This document shows, piece after piece, positions 13,008-27,683 of a stretch of DNA of 64,000 nt. A program made the translations under genes and the position numbers. Position 1 is the stretch's first letter. Each line of letters starts with the position of its first letter. This DNA comes from the human T2T-CHM13v2.0 reference genome, Homo sapiens: NCBI RefSeq assembly GCF_009914755.1, contig NC_060931.1, one strand, 5' to 3'. A model generated the notes under the pieces. The model worked only from the letters and a program-made list of their open reading frames with translations. It was not told where the DNA came from and did not search any database.

Positions 13008-13223
13008 CAAGAGTTGGCAAATTACAGCCCATTGGCCATACCTGGCCAGCCCCCTGTTTCTACAAAGTGTTTTTGAGACACAGCCACACTCACTTGGTTA
13101 TGTATTGTCCATACCTTTTTTCACACTATAAAGGCAGAGCTGAGTAATTGCCATGGAGAGCAGATGGTCCACAAAACCTCAAATACTACCCGACCTTTAC
13201 AGCAAAAGGTTGCCCGAACCCTG
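13008..13223. mobile_element. MER58A-type hAT MITE
   Basis: TIRs caagagttggcaaa / ttgcccgaaccctg, ~216 bp. Confidence 0.8.
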
Positions 13224-13975
13224 CTCCAGACAGGCAGTATTGATCCCTGTGTGTTGGTAATAAAAGGTAAGACTTGTCTGCTGCCTCTGCTCTGGAGTTA
13301 GGCCAGAGTTTGCCGCATAGCTCCTTGTGTTAATGAGGCTCAGCTTGGCCTTGCCTTCTGGGGATTAGCACCTAATCCCGGCTAGCTTTCTTAGAAAGCT
13401 CATTCACTGGTCACAAGGATGCAGAGAAGTGAGTGTGGATGAAACTGGTCCTGGTCACCTGAAGTCCATGCCTTACACGGCGTGGGTCAGCTGTGTCCTC
13501 TCTGCTAGCTGGCCCCTCTGCTACCTACCTCTAGGTGATGTGCCTGCTACTCAGCACAAGTGACAGAGCAGCCACAGGCCTCCCCCACTGCAGGGCTGCA
13601 CAGCTGCTGCACATCCCCAAGGGGGCGGGGCGAATGCATGCTGAAATGTTTGTGTGCACATGTGAGTACATTGGTTAGGACTATCCCCAACTCCAGCTAA
13701 TGCAAGCCTGGTAGACACATGCGTTTTTGCATATCCATGCACCCTTCTTTTGGGAACTGCCGCTAGATGAAAATCCAAATATTTAATTCCTAGCAATTAG
13801 TTTGGGCTTGAGTGGTATTCATTTTTATTCAGAACTCAGGTCCTAGGCCTTATTCAGATTTCAGTCCCACGTGACAAACTTCCACAGTTCCTCTGAGATG
13901 TCCTGATTCTCACTGGTGAGAATGGCAGAGACTGCTGGTTCCTTACCTAACAGCCATCTACCCTACAAGCCCTGA

Positions 13976-14236
<261 letters not shown>

Positions 14237-14617
14237 TAAGCCCTGATTTTATTGGAAACGTGTCCTTTAGTGAATTGTGCATCTGGAACAGAGACAGACA
14301 TGTTGTGCTTCATTTGTACTTTATCATTTTTGTCCTTGGTGCAAAGGTATTACACCCTAATGCTGGCTCTTTGGGGCCATGAAAATTGCAGAAGTCACGG
14401 CTCTTCCCACTTCAGTCACTGAGCCAACACCAGTACTCACCTACTTCAAAATTTATCTTCCCATGAGAGGAAAGGAAAACCCCACCTTGTTTTTGGTTTG
14501 AACACAACTGCATCAAATTCCTTACTGATGACTGAAAAAATTAAGGAAAAGCTCAGAGTGAACAAGAAGTAGATCAGCTTTCCTTACAGATGCACAAAAT
14601 TACACAGCAGGCCTGGG

Positions 14618-14782
14618 TTTTTTTTTTTTTTTAAACTTTGGAGTAGGGTCTTCTGTCCCCACAGCTGGAGTGCAGTAATGTGATCATAGCTTAATGCATC
14701 CTTGACTTCGTGGGCTTAAGCAATCCTCCACTTCAGCCTCCCAAGTAGCTGGGACTACAGGCTTGGGCCATCGTACCCGGCC
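14618..14782 (-). mobile_element. Alu monomer (FRAM/FAM-like)
   Basis: Single right-arm monomer, TSD gcctgggttt. Confidence 0.85.
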
Positions 14783-15304
14783 TAAGCCTGGGTTTGAGGT
14801 CTAGATTTATCATTCTCTCATCCTGTGCCCCAGAGCCAGTCACTTTCTCTTAAAATTCTCGGTGTCAAGGCAAGACCACTGCGCTCTGAGGCCCCCTTGA
14901 TCTCTAGGGCATTAAAATATATGGGAGATTTCCACCCTTCCTCACGGGGCTTGCAGGCTGAGGGAGTGAGAATTTCCTCACCAGCAGCATGGGCAAATTC
15001 GTAAAAAGAAAGAAATAATTTGCTTGTTTTTAATGGCCACCAAACTTCAAAGTCTAGTGACCACCAACCAGTCCCTCCTCAGTGAACATGGTCGAATACA
15101 GAAAGGCTTTCTCTGGAAGAGCCCAGAAACCTGCTGTCTCATTTCAAAAGCCATCTTCCTTCCCCGAGACAAACATGGTGGAAAGGAGGCCCGCCTGATA
15201 ACACTGAGGGTTTTGGGGCCAGATTTTTTTCTGCAGGCAGTTTTGGACATTTATTTTAATCTTCTTTATGTGAGCTATAAAACACATTTAGAAAAGTATA
15301 TATT

Positions 15305-15588
15305 AGCTGGTTGTAGTGGCTCATACCTGTAATCCCAGAACTTTGTGGGGGCTGAGGCAGGATGATCATTTGAGCTCAGGAGTTCACGTAGTGAGACCCC
15401 ATCTCAACAAAACATCAAAACGTTAGCCAGGTGTGGTGGCACGCACCTGTAGTCCCAGCTACTCAGGAGGCTGAGATGGGAGGATCACCTTAGCCTGGGG
15501 AGGTTGAGGCTGCAGTGAACTGAGACTGTGCCCCTGCACTCCAGCCTGGGTGACAGAGTGAGACCCTGTCTCAAAAGAAAAGAAAAAA
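15305..15588 (+). mobile_element. AluJ
   Basis: Dimer with A tail. Confidence 0.93.
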
Positions 15589-15667
15589 TATATTAAACAT
15601 AATGAACAGTTAATGTTTTTTAAAATAAAGTAAACCCCTTATTAGGTCAAGAAACAGAAGTTTGTGA

Positions 15668-16039
<372 letters not shown>

Positions 16040-16598
16040 CCCCATTGCCTCTACTTTTATGGTCATTGATGTCTTTGATTTTCTTTAAAATTTTACTACA
16101 GACATATATGTCCATGGCCACTATTATTTGATTATACCTGCTATTGAAATTTATAGAAATGGGTCCATACAGGATGTGTTCTTCATATCTGGCTTCATTC
16201 ACCAACATGATGTTTATGAGATTCATTCTGGTTTTTGCACATAGCTGTAGCTTATTCTGTCATTGTCATGTAGCATTTTATTGCATCAATAGGTTTTCAC
16301 AAATTCATATCATTGCACATACTTACTTGTTACCAATTTGGGGATTTCATGATAGATCTGCTCTGAGTGTTCTTGTCCCTGCCTCCCTGTGCATATTTCA
16401 GTAGGTTGTCCCCCTGCAGTAGAATTGCTGGGTTGTGGGGTATGTTCTGTTGGCTTTGCTAGGTGATGCCAAAGTGATTCTGTGGATTTATACTCCCAGC
16501 AACTGTACATGAGAGGTCTCCATGCCCCACATCTTTGTCAACACTGGAGAATGCTATTCTGTAAAGTTAGCTACTCTGGGTGGTGTGCACAGCTATAT

Positions 16599-16645
16599 CT
16601 GTGTGTGTGAGTGTGTGTTTGTGTGTGTGTGTGAGAGAGAGACAG
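16599..16645. repeat. (TG)n(AG)n microsatellite
   Basis: Directly visible. Confidence 0.9.
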
Positions 16646-16696
16646 ATTTTCTAACCTAATTTTCATTATTGCATTAGCCTAATTTTTATTAAAAAT

Positions 16697-16948
16697 TTCT
16701 TTTTTTTTTTTGAGATATGGTCTCTATTGCCCAGGCCGGAGTGCAGTGGCACAATACCAGCTTAACTGGGCTCAAGCAATCCTCCAACCTCAGCCTCCTG
16801 AATAGCTAAGACTAAAGGCACATGCCACCATGCCCAACTAATTTTTTGTTTGTTTGTTTTTTTGAGATGGAGTCTTGCACTGTCGCCCAGGCTGGAGTGC
16901 AGTGGTGCGATCTTGGCTCACTGCAACCTCTGCCTCCTGGGTTCAAGA
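16697..16948 (-). mobile_element. Two abutting partial Alus (J right arm plus S 3' fragment)
   Basis: Two poly-T/gagat starts; the second stops abruptly after gggttcaag. Confidence 0.85.
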
Positions 16949-17077
16949 GATGTTCTGCATTTGTCTGATGTTTTCTCATGGTGTCTCACTTGTTCTTCTC
17001 TATAAGCTGGGAGTTGGGTCTAAAGGCTTCTTTAGATAAATCTCAGTGTGGCTTTAATGTGCATCTGTTGGATTTGT

Positions 17078-17384
<307 letters not shown>

Positions 17385-17518
17385 CCATCTGTTGGATTTG
17401 TAATGAGATTGAGCACCTTTTCATGCATTTTCTGGCCATTTGGAATTCTTCTCTCTTGAGGTGCCTGCTCAAGTCTCTTGCCTATTGTTCTGTTTGCTAT
17501 GTGTCTTTTTCCTGTTGA

Positions 17519-17880
<362 letters not shown>

Positions 17881-18689
17881 CTGCCTTTTTATTTTTGTAA
17901 GGGTATCTTTTGGTGAGCAGAAGTTTTAAATTTTAATGTCCAATTCATCAATATTTCTGTAACCTGTTGAAAAAATATTCCCTAACCTGGGGTCACAAAG
18001 ATGATTATAGATGATCTCCCTGATCGCCTTCCATAACTGGGTCTAAGATCCTCCTGGAAGTGTTGTTTGTGCATGGTGTGAGGTGGACGCCAGGTTTCAT
18101 TTCCTCCCGTAACGACATTAAGAACATGGTCCTTTCCCTAGCCCTCTGCAGTGCTCCCTTCCTTGTAACCTGAGGGTCCCTGTGTGCATGGGTCTGTTTT
18201 GGAGATCTCCATTCTATCCATTGGTCTATTTTTCTAAATTTTTATACCAATGCATACTTTCTTAGCTGCCATAGGTTTATAATAAGTCTTGATGCCTACC
18301 TATGTAAGCTCTCCCTCTGAATTACTTTAATGATGCTGTGGCTAGGATTTTGACATTTCACAGGAGACTTGGCTCAAACCTCATGCCCCTTTTTTGAGAT
18401 AGGATTATGGGGTTACTATTCTTTCCTGGGCTGTGATCTCAGAAGTAACTTACTCAGTTTTCCAGTTGGTCCTTTCCAGGGACTCTTCTCACTTGTGTCT
18501 TATTAAATAAAGATTTGATTTGAGACCATGGAAGTCCAGTGTTCGGAATGCCTGTATCTGTTATGTTCTACTTTTTGGGACAGGTGGACATAAAGGAACT
18601 GAATCTGAAATAGGTGGTAAGGAAAATCCCCTGAAATTTGAAAATGGGTGCCTGAGAGGTGATTTTGATCTCTCCTTTGGCAGCTGCAC

Positions 18690-18927
18690 GCTGTAGAGAG
18701 AATGAACTCTAGAGTCAGGTTTTTGGGCTCAATTCCTGGATACACCAGTTACTAGCCCTATGACCTTGGGGACATTGATTAACCACCCTGGCCTCAGTTT
18801 CCTCATCAGTAAAATGGGAATAGAAACAGACTCTACCTCATGGGTGTTTGTGAGGATTAAATGCGATTATATACAAAAAGGGCCTGGCACAGAATAAGTG
18901 CTTGGTAAAGCTTAGCCATGATTATTT
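18690..18927 (+). mobile_element. MIR
   Basis: gcctcagtttcctcatcagtaaaatggg core. Confidence 0.88.
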
Positions 18928-19111
18928 TTGTTGAAAAGAATTCATCTTTCCTCCAAGGGCTTTGAGACTAACCTAGGAGGTAGCAAAACCTATTCCTCTT
19001 GTGTTTCTGAGGTGCAGAGGCTATACTTGTTGGAGACTCGGCACAGGCCATGATGATGGTCTGAACATTACCACCTGCCTCTCAGCACTCAGAAAAGCAG
19101 TTAGTTTGTGG

Positions 19112-19880
<769 letters not shown>

Positions 19881-22094
19881 TGGCTAATAGTTATCTAATA
19901 TACTCGACTCCTTTAGTTCTTTGAACCTTATGTTTTGGAGGTCATAGAAGTTACAGAGGGCAGGAGTCAGAGGCACGGGCCGGGCCCTGTTCTGTGCTTG
20001 ACCACCTTGCTGCTGTGGTAGGGCATTCACCACTCTTCCCATCTCTCCTGGTCCTTGGCCCTTCATCGCTGGAGGTGGAGTTGTTACAGAGGCCAAATAT
20101 GGGGAGAAACTGTTTACATTCGGTTTACTGGGGAGCCAAAATGAAAGACCCCAGTGGAGTGGAGCAATGAGTTTACACCTTTAGTAGACTGGAAAGAAAC
20201 TAAAAAGGGAGATGTCTCCTCAGTGCACTGGAAGAGGGTGAAGGGCGATGCAATCTTGGGAAAGCTGGGGGCTGGGGTGGGTGAACTGCATTGGATGGTC
20301 CGTGTCGGGCAGAATCATCGGCATGCTCAGCCCACCATTGTCCCAAGCCAAGCCAGTTGGTACTGGTGCAGAGAAGTAGCTTCAGCTTCTGGTCTCAAAG
20401 CCATCCTCTGAAGGATGCCACCACCTCTCAAGCCCTTTTAGAAATGGAGATGGACTGGTGGTGGCATGGGAGGGCAGACCTAAGTCTGGTATGTCAGTGG
20501 AGCCAGACAGAAGGGCAGGCAACTCTAGTTACATTAAAATAGCAATGTATTGTTGACGGGTTGGAATTGCACACTTACAATCGCACTATTCTATCTATAG
20601 TATTATCCCATTTAATGATAAATATGTATTTGTATATATGTATATCCGAAAAGATCTGGAAGGTTATTTCTGCAGCTTTAAAAAGAAATTGTCTTTGGGT
20701 GGAATTATTAGCACTTTTGATGTTCCTCTATTTTTTTTTGTATTTGTACTATGTATCTGCATAACTTTCTGGTTAAATGAGTTTATGTTTACAATTTAAA
20801 TAAAAAGAGAAGGAGCATCATTTGGCTGCACCTCCCTCAACTTCAGATGTAACTTGTGGGGGTGGAGGACAGGGCAGGGAGGCCAGCTGGGGTGTTCCTC
20901 CTAGAGTTGGCGTTGATGGTAGGGCCTCACTCTGTTCCCTACACAGGTTGGTCACTGCCCAGCCTCTAAGATGCGAAGCTCTCTCCAGACCCTCTGGCCC
21001 CCTTACTCTAAGGTTCTAATGTTATTTCTGTTTCAATATGGGGAAGAGAAACAAAAACAGATGCTGCCTATCTCGATCAGGGAAAGGCAAGAGGGTGTCT
21101 TTCTTCCATCTGGGTTTTCTCTGTGACTGTTAACTGGATGCTTACAATGCATGGGGCAGGGTAACCTCCTGCCACTTATAGTGGTGGGGGTTGATGTCAG
21201 TGACTTAAGAAAATTAGGGAATAAATGTTTCAGTTATTTTCTCCAGTAACAGAAGGAGGGAGGAGTTGAGGCAGGTATGGTGGCTCCAAAAGGTTACTGG
21301 TGTCAACCCCTCCTGTGTATGCCTGCCACTCCTGTGGGTGGCTGTCAGCACTGAGCTCACAAGATGACTGCTGGACCATCCCTGCTGTGGCCGTGTCCCT
21401 GTTTCAGTCAGGATCGGACAGGGACAGGGGCAGATGCACCTCCCAAAAGGCCTCATCCCCAGGCTCGCCGGCATATTTAGTGACATTAATCTGTGCAAGA
21501 GGCTTGGAATGCAGTTTTTTGTTGTTGTTTCTTTTTAAACAAACATACTGTCCAAAGTTCTCTCACTAAGGAAGGAGGAAGAATAGACTTTGAGCAGGCA
21601 ACAAGTACTGTCACATAGTCCAAAAGCTCTGATTCTCACAGAAAAGTCCATAATCTTTAAGTGCTGCAGAGATTTCAGGATCAAGGTAAATTTGTAAAAA
21701 GTTGGGAAACCAAAGGTATTATACAGTCCCATGGGAAGAGTTTGCTCAACAAGACGGTTCTTTTGCTGTAGTTGGTGAGCCAGGTTCTCGCTCCACGTTC
21801 ACCCTCAGGGCTTGGTGGGGTTGGGGTTAGCCTGCTCTGCAGCTAGGCTGGCACCTGTCAGTACCTGGGTGATTGTTCCAACACAGACAGTACGTAGGAA
21901 GCTGGCACAAGAGCTGACGGTTCTTGTTTGTCATCCCCTATATTTCCTTGTGTCCCCACTCAGTTGGGCCTGCCTGCATTCTTTTGACAGTCGCTAAAGT
22001 CACAGACATACTTGACCTTGCAGTTTTTAGAGGGGACCTGTCACCTTTCAATAAACAAGAGGGAAGATCTTTGAGCAGTGAGTTCCAGAGACCC

Positions 22095-22504
22095 TGTTAA
22101 AAAGAAAAACCTTAGACAAGTTTAGCAGAGTTTAAGTGAGAAAAAAACAAAAACTCAGAAAACAAAAACACATGACATGTGAATCAGGCAGCCCTCTGAT
22201 TCAGAACGGGTTCTAAGAACATGGTCAACAATGTGATCAAGTGTTATGGATGCACGGAAAACAGAAGTGAGGTACATATAGGGCTTAACTGGTTCCGGCT
22301 CAGCGTTTGCCTTATTTGATCGTTGGCAGCCAGGGATTGAAGGAAGCTCAGTTGCCGTGATGGCGGAGACTCAGCTATTTTTTACAAAAGCATACTCCTA
22401 AATTTAGGCTTTCAATTAGATTAGTAAGCCAGGCTGCCTGCAGTTAGTTAAGTAAGGACTTGGGTGCAAAGGCTTCCTCAGGCCAAATTTAGGTTATTTT
22501 AACA
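22095..22504 (-). mobile_element. MER57-like ERV1 solo LTR
   Basis: TGTTAAA...TTTAACA termini, acagaagtgaggtaca, gcgtttgccttatttga. Confidence 0.8.
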
Positions 22505-22862
22505 TCCCCAATGGCCAGAGACAGGCTTCTTGGAAGCCAACTGCTTGGAGTAAAACTGTGATGACAATTCCTTTTGAAACATGTACTCCTTGAAATTTGG
22601 AAGACATTTTGGGCTAATAGATGTTCTCTGTGCCTGAAAATAAGGATGGCTTCTTCCAAAATGCAGGTGAGTCAGCCCTTCCCTGCAAAGAACTTGCTGA
22701 CTGCTGCAATTAGGGGCAGTCCACAAAAGAAAAACCATAAGGCTGCATCAAAGCACTGGCTCCTCTCTCAGAGAACAGAGGAGAAGCTGCCCCTCAGAGG
22801 AAGGAAGGTGGCTTTCCAGGAGGCAGATGCTGAGTCAGGAGGAAGGTTGCTTCAGGATGTTA

Positions 22863-23379
<517 letters not shown>

Positions 23380-23648
23380 TCAAATACATTCCTGGGAGCA
23401 AGGAGCCCTGCAGCAGGCAGCTGCCCAGCGCTCAGCCCTCTGCTGCTCTCTGCTGGAATGTCGCTGCCAACACCACTAGTGCTTATCCTCAAAGCTTTGG
23501 CCAATTCCTGGTACTTCTTTTTGGCCTGTTAACAGAGAGAAGCTGACAAGCAAATTACAGACCTTTGTGACTTAGAACTGAATGCTAAGTAAAATCAATG
23601 CTCCGTTAACACAGAATGAGCAACATGACTGTTAAAAAAGCAATGATA

Positions 23649-23947
23649 GGGTCGGGCGCAGTGGTTCACGCCTGTAATCCCAGCACTTTGGGAGGCCAAG
23701 GCAGGTGGATCACGAGGTCAGAAGATCCAGACCATCCCGGCCAACATGGTGAAATCCCGTCTCTACTAAAAAAAAAAAAAAAATTGCCAGGTGTGGTGGC
23801 GCGCTCCTGTAGTCCCAGCTACTCTGGAGGCGGAGGCAGGGGAATTGCTTGAACCCAGGAGGGGAGGTTGCAGTGAGCCGAGATGGTGCCACTGCAGCTT
23901 GGCGACAGAGCGAGACTCTGTCTCAGAAAAGAAAAAAAAAAAAAAAA
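23649..23947 (+). mobile_element. AluSc-like
   Basis: ggatcacgaggtca diagnostic, TSD gcaatgatag. Confidence 0.93.
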
Positions 23948-25960
23948 GGCAATGATAGAGACATCAGTTGCTTTTTAACTTAATTACCAGACAAGAAAGA
24001 CCGTAAATTTCTTGTACTTAACAAGAAATGCTTCTCAATGGCCATATTGTGCAAAATATTGTGCGCATACTAAAAGGGACACATGAAACAAGTTATGTAC
24101 TCTCTGCTTGCAGGAGTTTATAATCATATAACTCAGAAGGAGGGGAAGTCATTACAAAATGAGACAGATCCAGATATATCCCATGAGAGAGCACCAGATA
24201 GTGATAGGCTCACATTCAGCTAGAGATCAGGGAGGTTGTGGAAAAGCAGCCGATGCAGCCAGGCTGCTGAGGAGGTGCAACATTTTGGGGAGAGGACAAG
24301 AGGGACGAGGTCTCAGCAGGAGGGAAGAATGCTGTGTATATGTAAGTGTGTGTGTATAAAGAACTGTGTATCTGTGCCCATATGTTTGGAAAGAGTGTTG
24401 TCAGGTTGCCTTGGGTTCCTTAGAGTCTAATTCAAAAAGCTATTGAATACTTCAGGTAGGGTTGGACCAGTAAAGACTGAGCAGTGAGATAATATTTTGA
24501 GATAGGAATAACTGCCCCCTTCTGACTGTTTAACAAAACCCTTTTTACTATGAAATAAAACCAGCTATAGAAAACCACACAAAAGACAAGTATAGCTTAA
24601 TGATTGCAACGTGGACACCCAAACACAGCAGCCTCCCACACCCGTAAGTAACCACCGTTCTGACTTTTATAGCAATTACTTATTTGCATTTCTTTCTAGT
24701 TTGTCATCTAAATGTGTAGCCATAGACACTGTAGTTTAATATTGTTCCTCCTTTTGAATATTGTCATGTGTCCTCAAGTTATTTTTAATTTACGTGTTCC
24801 CCTCCATCTTTTCCTTTCCCTTTAAATGTATGGGCTTAAGAATCTGGGCCACTTGACCTGTGATCTGGATCTTAGATTGCGTGTACGTGGTCATCTCTCA
24901 TGTTCCTCTGACCTTTGTGATCCTGCAGATGGGCAGCTGGATCCAGAGGCTGGCTCACCTTCAGGCTTGAGCCCTTGGTAAGATGCTAGGTGGTGAGGCT
25001 TCTTTCATCTCGTAATCTCTCTTTTATGTGCATGATGTTAGCAGCCATCGATTCTCAATGTCTACGTGGACTAACTCATTGGCCGTTGCAAAACGGTGAT
25101 ATTCGGAAACAATAATCTCTTTGTTGTTTCATTTGTTAGTTAGAATACATCTATAAGGAGAAGCTTTGCCATGGCAGCAGTTCTTTAGAAAAAGGTAATT
25201 CTAAGCATCTTGTGTAGTTTTGGATAGTCACATCCTCCTAAGGCTGAGCCCTTAGTAATTGGCTCTCTCAGAATCTTGCAGAGGCCAAACTGGCCCCAGG
25301 AATAGTGGCCCAGAACTACTGCCACTGGCCACTTGTGGACGTAATCAGAGGACCCCTACCCCACCTGCCACTCTTCCAGTGACCTACTCCTCATGGGGTG
25401 GGATAGCTGTTTCTGTCCATATGGAAGATTAAACACTCTAAATTATCTTCCACTGGAAAACTGGAAGCAAAATGCTAGACAAAACAACATATTTAAAACA
25501 TGTAATGCTGAGCTTCTTTGAAAGAAATCTGGAGAGGTCAAAAAACAAGAAGGAAGCAGGAATTCTGTGAAGTAATACCGAGGGTTTCCGCTACAGACAG
25601 GAGACTTTCAGCTTCCTTTTTGATAGTTGCAGGGGAGATCAGAGGGTAGACGATGAGGCTAGGGCTTGCCCAAGGAGTGAGTCTTTGTTAGGAGACTCTT
25701 CTGCCTAAGGATGAGAACCCAACAGGCTACAATCTGATGGCAGGAGTGAGCAAGAAATAAACCTAATACGCTGAAGAGGATAGTAAGGAGAATTGCCTGT
25801 TTCAACCTTGACACCGGACGAGAGGGAATAAAAATATCTCCCATGAGAATTTGTAATGACAAGCTGGCTCTCTCAGAGTTGTGGTCCAAATTTACGTAAC
25901 CTATGTGGTAAAAAACAAAACCTCAAACAGATAATTACATTTAGAATGGTTCTGGGTTGA

Positions 25961-26261
25961 GACTGGGTGCAGTGGCTCATGCCTGTAATCCCAGCACTTT
26001 GGGAGGCTGAGGTGGGCAGATCACCTGAGATCAGGAGTTCAAGACCAGCCTGGCTAACATGGCGAAACCCTGTCTCTACTAAAAATACAAAAATTAGCTG
26101 GGTGTGGTGGCGCATGCCTGCAAGCCCAGCTACTTGGGAGACAGGTAGGATAATTGGTTGAACTCAGGAGATGGAGGTTGCAGTGAGCCGAGATTGCACC
26201 GCTGCACTCCAGCCTGGGAGAAGGAGCAAGACTTCATCTCAAATTAAAAAAAAAAAAAAAA
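25961..26261 (+). mobile_element. AluS
   Basis: TSD gaatg(g/c)ttctgggttga. Confidence 0.95.
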
Positions 26262-26975
26262 GGGAATGCTTCTGGGTTGATAGTGTCCCCAGAAAAATGG
26301 CAGAAGCAAACATAAAAACTTCCTGGAGGATTGCAATCTGAACGACAGCTTCAGAGATTTCCTATGGTGAATTTCTTTACTTTTAAGTAAGTGAGCATTT
26401 CAAGGTCAAAAATCTTAAAAAGAAAAGGGAAATGAGGCACCTGACTGAAGGCCAGTTGGAAAAACTGATATCCAAAACAGGCTCTAAAGACTTTGAGTAT
26501 TAAAATCATCAGATGCAAAGTATACAATAGTTATATGTAATATATCTAAATAAATAAAAGCAACTTGAAAATATGATTGGAAAAGAGACTGTAAGGCATC
26601 ACAAAGCAAATCTGCAAAAGAAATAAAATTTCTAACAATAAAAAATCAGTAATTGAAAATAAAAACTCCAAGGATAGATTAAATAAATCAGATTTTAGAT
26701 GAAGCTGAGGAGAGAACTAGTGAATGGGAAAATAAATTCGAAAAGTTATCCGTAACATAGATCAGAGGGACAAAGACACAAAAACAAGACAGGTAACAAG
26801 ACATAGAGGATAGAGAAGAGTGTTTAATAGATGACCAGCTAGAGTTTCAGAAGGAGACAATGTCAATGAGGCAATGTTGAAGAGACAATGGCTGAGAATT
26901 TTCCAAATTTGATGAAAGCAGATTTCATCAGATTTAGAAAGCCCAAGAAATATCAAGTAGTATAGATAGAAATAA

Positions 26976-27274
26976 GGCCGGGTGCGGTGGCTCACGCCTG
27001 TAATCCCAGCACTTTGGGAGGCTGAGGCGGGTGGATCACAAAGTCAGGAGATTGAGGCCATCCTGGCTAACACGGTGAAACCCCATCTCTACTCAAAATG
27101 CAAAGAGTTAGCTGGGTGTGGTGGCGGGCGCATGTAGTCTCAGCTACTCGGGAGGCTGAGGCAGGAGAATGGCGTGAACGGGAGGCGGAGCTTGCAGTGA
27201 GCCGAGATCGCGCCACTGCACTCCAGCCTGGGCGACAGAGTGAGATTCCATCTCAAAGAAAAAAAAAAAAAAAA
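26976..27274 (+). mobile_element. AluY
   Basis: Y diagnostics: catcctggctaacacgg, gagaatggcgtgaac, cggagcttgcag; many CpGs retained. Confidence 0.9.
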
Positions 27275-27383
27275 GAAATCTACCAAGACACACCATAAGC
27301 AAACCATGGAACACCACCACAAAAATGAGATCGTAAAAATAGCCATATTAAAAAGAAACAGCAATTAGAGAAGGTTGTCTTAA

Positions 27384-27681
<298 letters not shown>

Positions 27682-27683
27682 CT

